From NCBI GenBank assembly GCA_902518895.1, contig CABYHL010000001.1, positions 10,423 through 74,422 of the forward strand: a stretch of 64,000 nucleotides of DNA. Reading direction: 5' to 3'. The translations under genes and the position numbers were made by a program. This document shows, piece after piece, positions 61,694 to 64,000 of this stretch. The notes beneath the pieces were generated by a model. The model saw only the letters and a list, made by a program, of their open reading frames with translations. It did no database searches and had not been told where the DNA came from. Numbering within the stretch: the stretch's first letter is position 1; each line of letters opens with the position of its first letter. This stretch comes from an uncultured Alphaproteobacteria bacterium. GTDB taxonomy: Bacteria; Pseudomonadota; Alphaproteobacteria; HIMB59; GCA-002718135.

Positions 61694-62842
61694 ATGGAAA
61701 ATATTAATTGGAATTATCCTACTACAATCTGGTTTGGTGTTGATAGAATAAAAGAAATACAAAAAGCCTGTGAAGAAATAAATATTCAAAAACCATTAAT
61801 TGTTACTGATAATGGAATTTTAAAAACAAACATTATTAATAAGTTAAATGATTGTTTAGATAAACAGGCAATTGTTTATAGTGATGTTAAATCAAATCCT
61901 ACAGGTAAGAATGTTGAAGATGGTGTTAAAGCATTTAATGAAAATAAACATGATGGAGTAATAGCTGTTGGTGGAGGATCGGGTATGGATACAGGAAAGG
62001 CAATTGCATTCATGGCCAAGCAAGAAAGACCAATCTGGGATTTTGAAGATATTGGTGACTGGTGGACTAGAGCTAATGCAGATTCAATTTTTCCTATAAT
62101 TGCTCTACCTACTACAGCTGGAACAGGTTCTGAAACTGGAAGAGCTTCAGTTTTTACAAATGAAAAAACACAAGAAAAAAAAATAATTTTCCATCCAAAA
62201 ATGCTTCCATCAATTGTTATTCTTGATCCAAATTTGACAATTCCACTTCCTGCAAATTTAACAGCCTTTACAGGAATGGATGCACTAGCTCATTGCTTAG
62301 AAGCATATTTGTCGAATATTTTTCATCCTTATTCTCAAGGTATTGCATTAGAGGGCATTAGATTAGTAAAAAATAATCTTGTTCTTGCTTTTAATGATGG
62401 ATCAAATCTAGAAGCTAGATCGCATATGCTAGCATCTTCATCTATGGGCTCAATAGCTTTTCAAAAGGGTTTAGGTGCTATCCATTCTTTAAGTCATCCT
62501 GTTGGTGCAATTTATAATACACATCATGGATTAACCAATGCAGTATTTATGCCATATGTTTTACAATATAATAAAAAAGGAATTGAAGAAAAAATTATTG
62601 ATATTTCAAGATATATAAATTTAAAATCAGCAACATTTAATAATTTTATGGATTGGATTTTAGAGCTTAGATCTAATTTAAATATTCCTCATACTTTAAG
62701 TGAAATAATTGATGATGACAAAAATTTAGAAAAAATGAGTTTAATGGCTTTTAATGATCCATCAACAAGTACAAATCCTATACCAGTTAACGCAGAAGAT
62801 TTTTTAAAAATGTATATAAACGCCTTTAAAGGTGATTTATAA
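61694..62842 (+). CDS. Iron-containing alcohol dehydrogenase
   Basis: GGGSGMD, PTTAGTGSE, DALAH, H..SH, HHG metal ligands. Confidence 0.93.
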   Translation: MENINWNYPTTIWFGVDRIKEIQKACEEINIQKPLIVTDNGILKTNIINKLNDCLDKQAIVYSDVKSNPTGKNVEDGVKAFNENKHDGVIAVGGGSGMDTGKAIAFMAKQERPIWDFEDIGDWWTRANADSIFPIIALPTTAGTGSETGRASVFTNEKTQEKKIIFHPKMLPSIVILDPNLTIPLPANLTAFTGMDALAHCLEAYLSNIFHPYSQGIALEGIRLVKNNLVLAFNDGSNLEARSHMLASSSMGSIAFQKGLGAIHSLSHPVGAIYNTHHGLTNAVFMPYVLQYNKKGIEEKIIDISRYINLKSATFNNFMDWILELRSNLNIPHTLSEIIDDDKNLEKMSLMAFNDPSTSTNPIPVNAEDFLKMYINAFKGDL

Positions 62843-62844
62843 AT

Positions 62845-63999
62845 TTAAAGCGTTGCTCCAATTATCCAAGGATTAAATTCATCGTCACCATAATCATTTA
62901 TTTCACTCTTTGATTTTTCACCCGATGCAACTGAAATTACTTTATCAAATATTTCTTTGCCAACTTCATTAACGCTTGCAACATTATCCATAATAGTACC
63001 AGCATTGATGTCCATATCTTCACTAAGTTTATTATACATATTTGTATTTGTTGCTATTTTAATACTCGGAGTGGGTTTAAATCCAAAGCACGAACCTCGA
63101 CCAGTAGTAAAACAAATAACATTAGCGCCAGAAGCAACTTGACCAGTTACAGATACAGGATCATAACCTGGAGAATTCATAAAGTTAAAACCTTTGGTTT
63201 TTACCTGTTCAGCATAATCGAGAACATCAACCATATTTCTATTTCCAGCTTTGGATACTGCACCTAATGACTTTTCCAGAATTGTAGTTAAACCTCCTTT
63301 TTTATTACCAGGACTTGGATTATTATCTAATGTGCTATCGTTGCTAGCAACATATTTTTTCCACCATTCAATTTGTTTATTTAGTTTTTCTATATTTTTT
63401 TCGTTTAATGATTTTTCAAATAATAAATGTTCGGCTCCATATATTTCTGGAGTCTCTGATAGTAATGTTGTTCCACCATGATCAATAATCATATCTGAAG
63501 CAAAGCCTAGTGCAGGATTTGCAGTTATCCCAGAATACGAATCTGAACCACCACATTGCAAAGCAACTGTTAGTTCTGAAACAGGAATATTTGTCCTAGA
63601 AATACTATTAATTTCATTTAGTTGATTAAAAATTTTTGAAGTTACTTTCCTTATTATTTCATTTGTTCCACCTTCGTCTTGAATATTCAAATATTCAATA
63701 TTTCTTTTTTCCTGATCATTGTTGTACAAACTTATTTGGGCACATTCGCATCCAAGTCCAATAACAAAAACTTTTCCAAAATTAGGATGAATTTTAAAAC
63801 CTTCAATAGTTCTGTTAAATACATTCATGGCATATCCAGAAGTATTCATCCCACAACCTGATGAATGTTTTAAACAAACTGCCCCATCAATGTTATCAAA
63901 ATTATTATCTTTTAAATAATTATTTATTTTATCAGATATTTTTTTAACAACTGTTGCCGAACAATTAACTGTACTAATTAAACCTATATAATTCCTAGT
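62845..63999 (-). CDS. UxaA/GarD/SuyB-family dehydratase (altronate dehydratase-like), 5'-truncated by the window end
   Basis: The frame stays open to the window end (TRNYIGLISTVNCSATV...H..GCG); GLGCE, QCGGSD..SG.TANP, ETPE, NPSPGNK.GG, EKSLGA, FTTGRG. Confidence 0.88.
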   Translation of the reverse strand, partial: TRNYIGLISTVNCSATVVKKISDKINNYLKDNNFDNIDGAVCLKHSSGCGMNTSGYAMNVFNRTIEGFKIHPNFGKVFVIGLGCECAQISLYNNDQEKRNIEYLNIQDEGGTNEIIRKVTSKIFNQLNEINSISRTNIPVSELTVALQCGGSDSYSGITANPALGFASDMIIDHGGTTLLSETPEIYGAEHLLFEKSLNEKNIEKLNKQIEWWKKYVASNDSTLDNNPSPGNKKGGLTTILEKSLGAVSKAGNRNMVDVLDYAEQVKTKGFNFMNSPGYDPVSVTGQVASGANVICFTTGRGSCFGFKPTPSIKIATNTNMYNKLSEDMDINAGTIMDNVASVNEVGKEIFDKVISVASGEKSKSEINDYGDDEFNPWIIGATL

Positions 64000-64000
64000 A

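Noticed and set aside
757-63861. Many short ORF-track entries antisense to or nested in real genes (e.g. 757-969, 2479-2748, 18633-19019, 35968-36339, 54014-54328, 59636-59863)
   Set aside because: They are shadows of well-conserved genes, with no family motifs, SD or independent context
26790-64000. tRNA-Leu as the integration site of a genomic island containing the catabolic genes
   Set aside because: No integrase or transposase, no repeat of the tRNA 3' end noticed, housekeeping genes directly follow, and composition looks uniform by eye
1-64000. CRISPR arrays, IS elements, prophage or rRNA genes
   Set aside because: Nearly all sequence is accounted for by recognisable genes, and no intergenic gap exceeds about 130 bp

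Overview
A very AT-rich, densely packed window from a streamlined marine alphaproteobacterium. It looks SAR11-like or HIMB59/AEGEAN-169-like, but that taxonomy is inferred, not computed. About 1-24.8 kb is the core information-processing superoperon: rplJ'-rplL-rpoBC, rpsLG-fusA, the S10, spc and alpha clusters. tuf is missing after fusA and rpmD (L30) is missing between rpsE and rplO. About 24.8-32 kb holds housekeeping genes: fluC/crcB, a RluA/RluC-family synthase, lipB, tRNA-Leu(GAG), mgtE, gshA-gshB, bioY and a ROK kinase. About 32-64 kb is a catabolic region with no regulator genes, aimed at nitrogenous osmolytes and amines. It contains: (i) a gabD/ssd-like dehydrogenase divergent from a tightly coupled 8-gene operon (amidinotransferase, eutA-eutB-eutC, an uncharacterised PLP fold-II enzyme, an M20 amidohydrolase, a metal-less M24 creatinase-like hydrolase and a Ser/Cys proline-racemase-family protein); (ii) soxBDAG; (iii) an uncharacterised module of a 554-aa protein, DUF3726 and an atypical M19 'dipeptidase'; (iv) a PotABCD-type ABC transporter with a DadA-like dehydrogenase; (v) a GS-like, ALDH and Fe-ADH trio matching the gamma-glutamyl ethanolamine route; and (vi) a truncated UxaA-family dehydratase. 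The best candidates for an undescribed system are the amidinotransferase-eutABC operon and the 554-aa/DUF3726/M19 module. I saw no mobile elements, CRISPR arrays or rRNA. All family calls come from recognised motifs; no database search was run.
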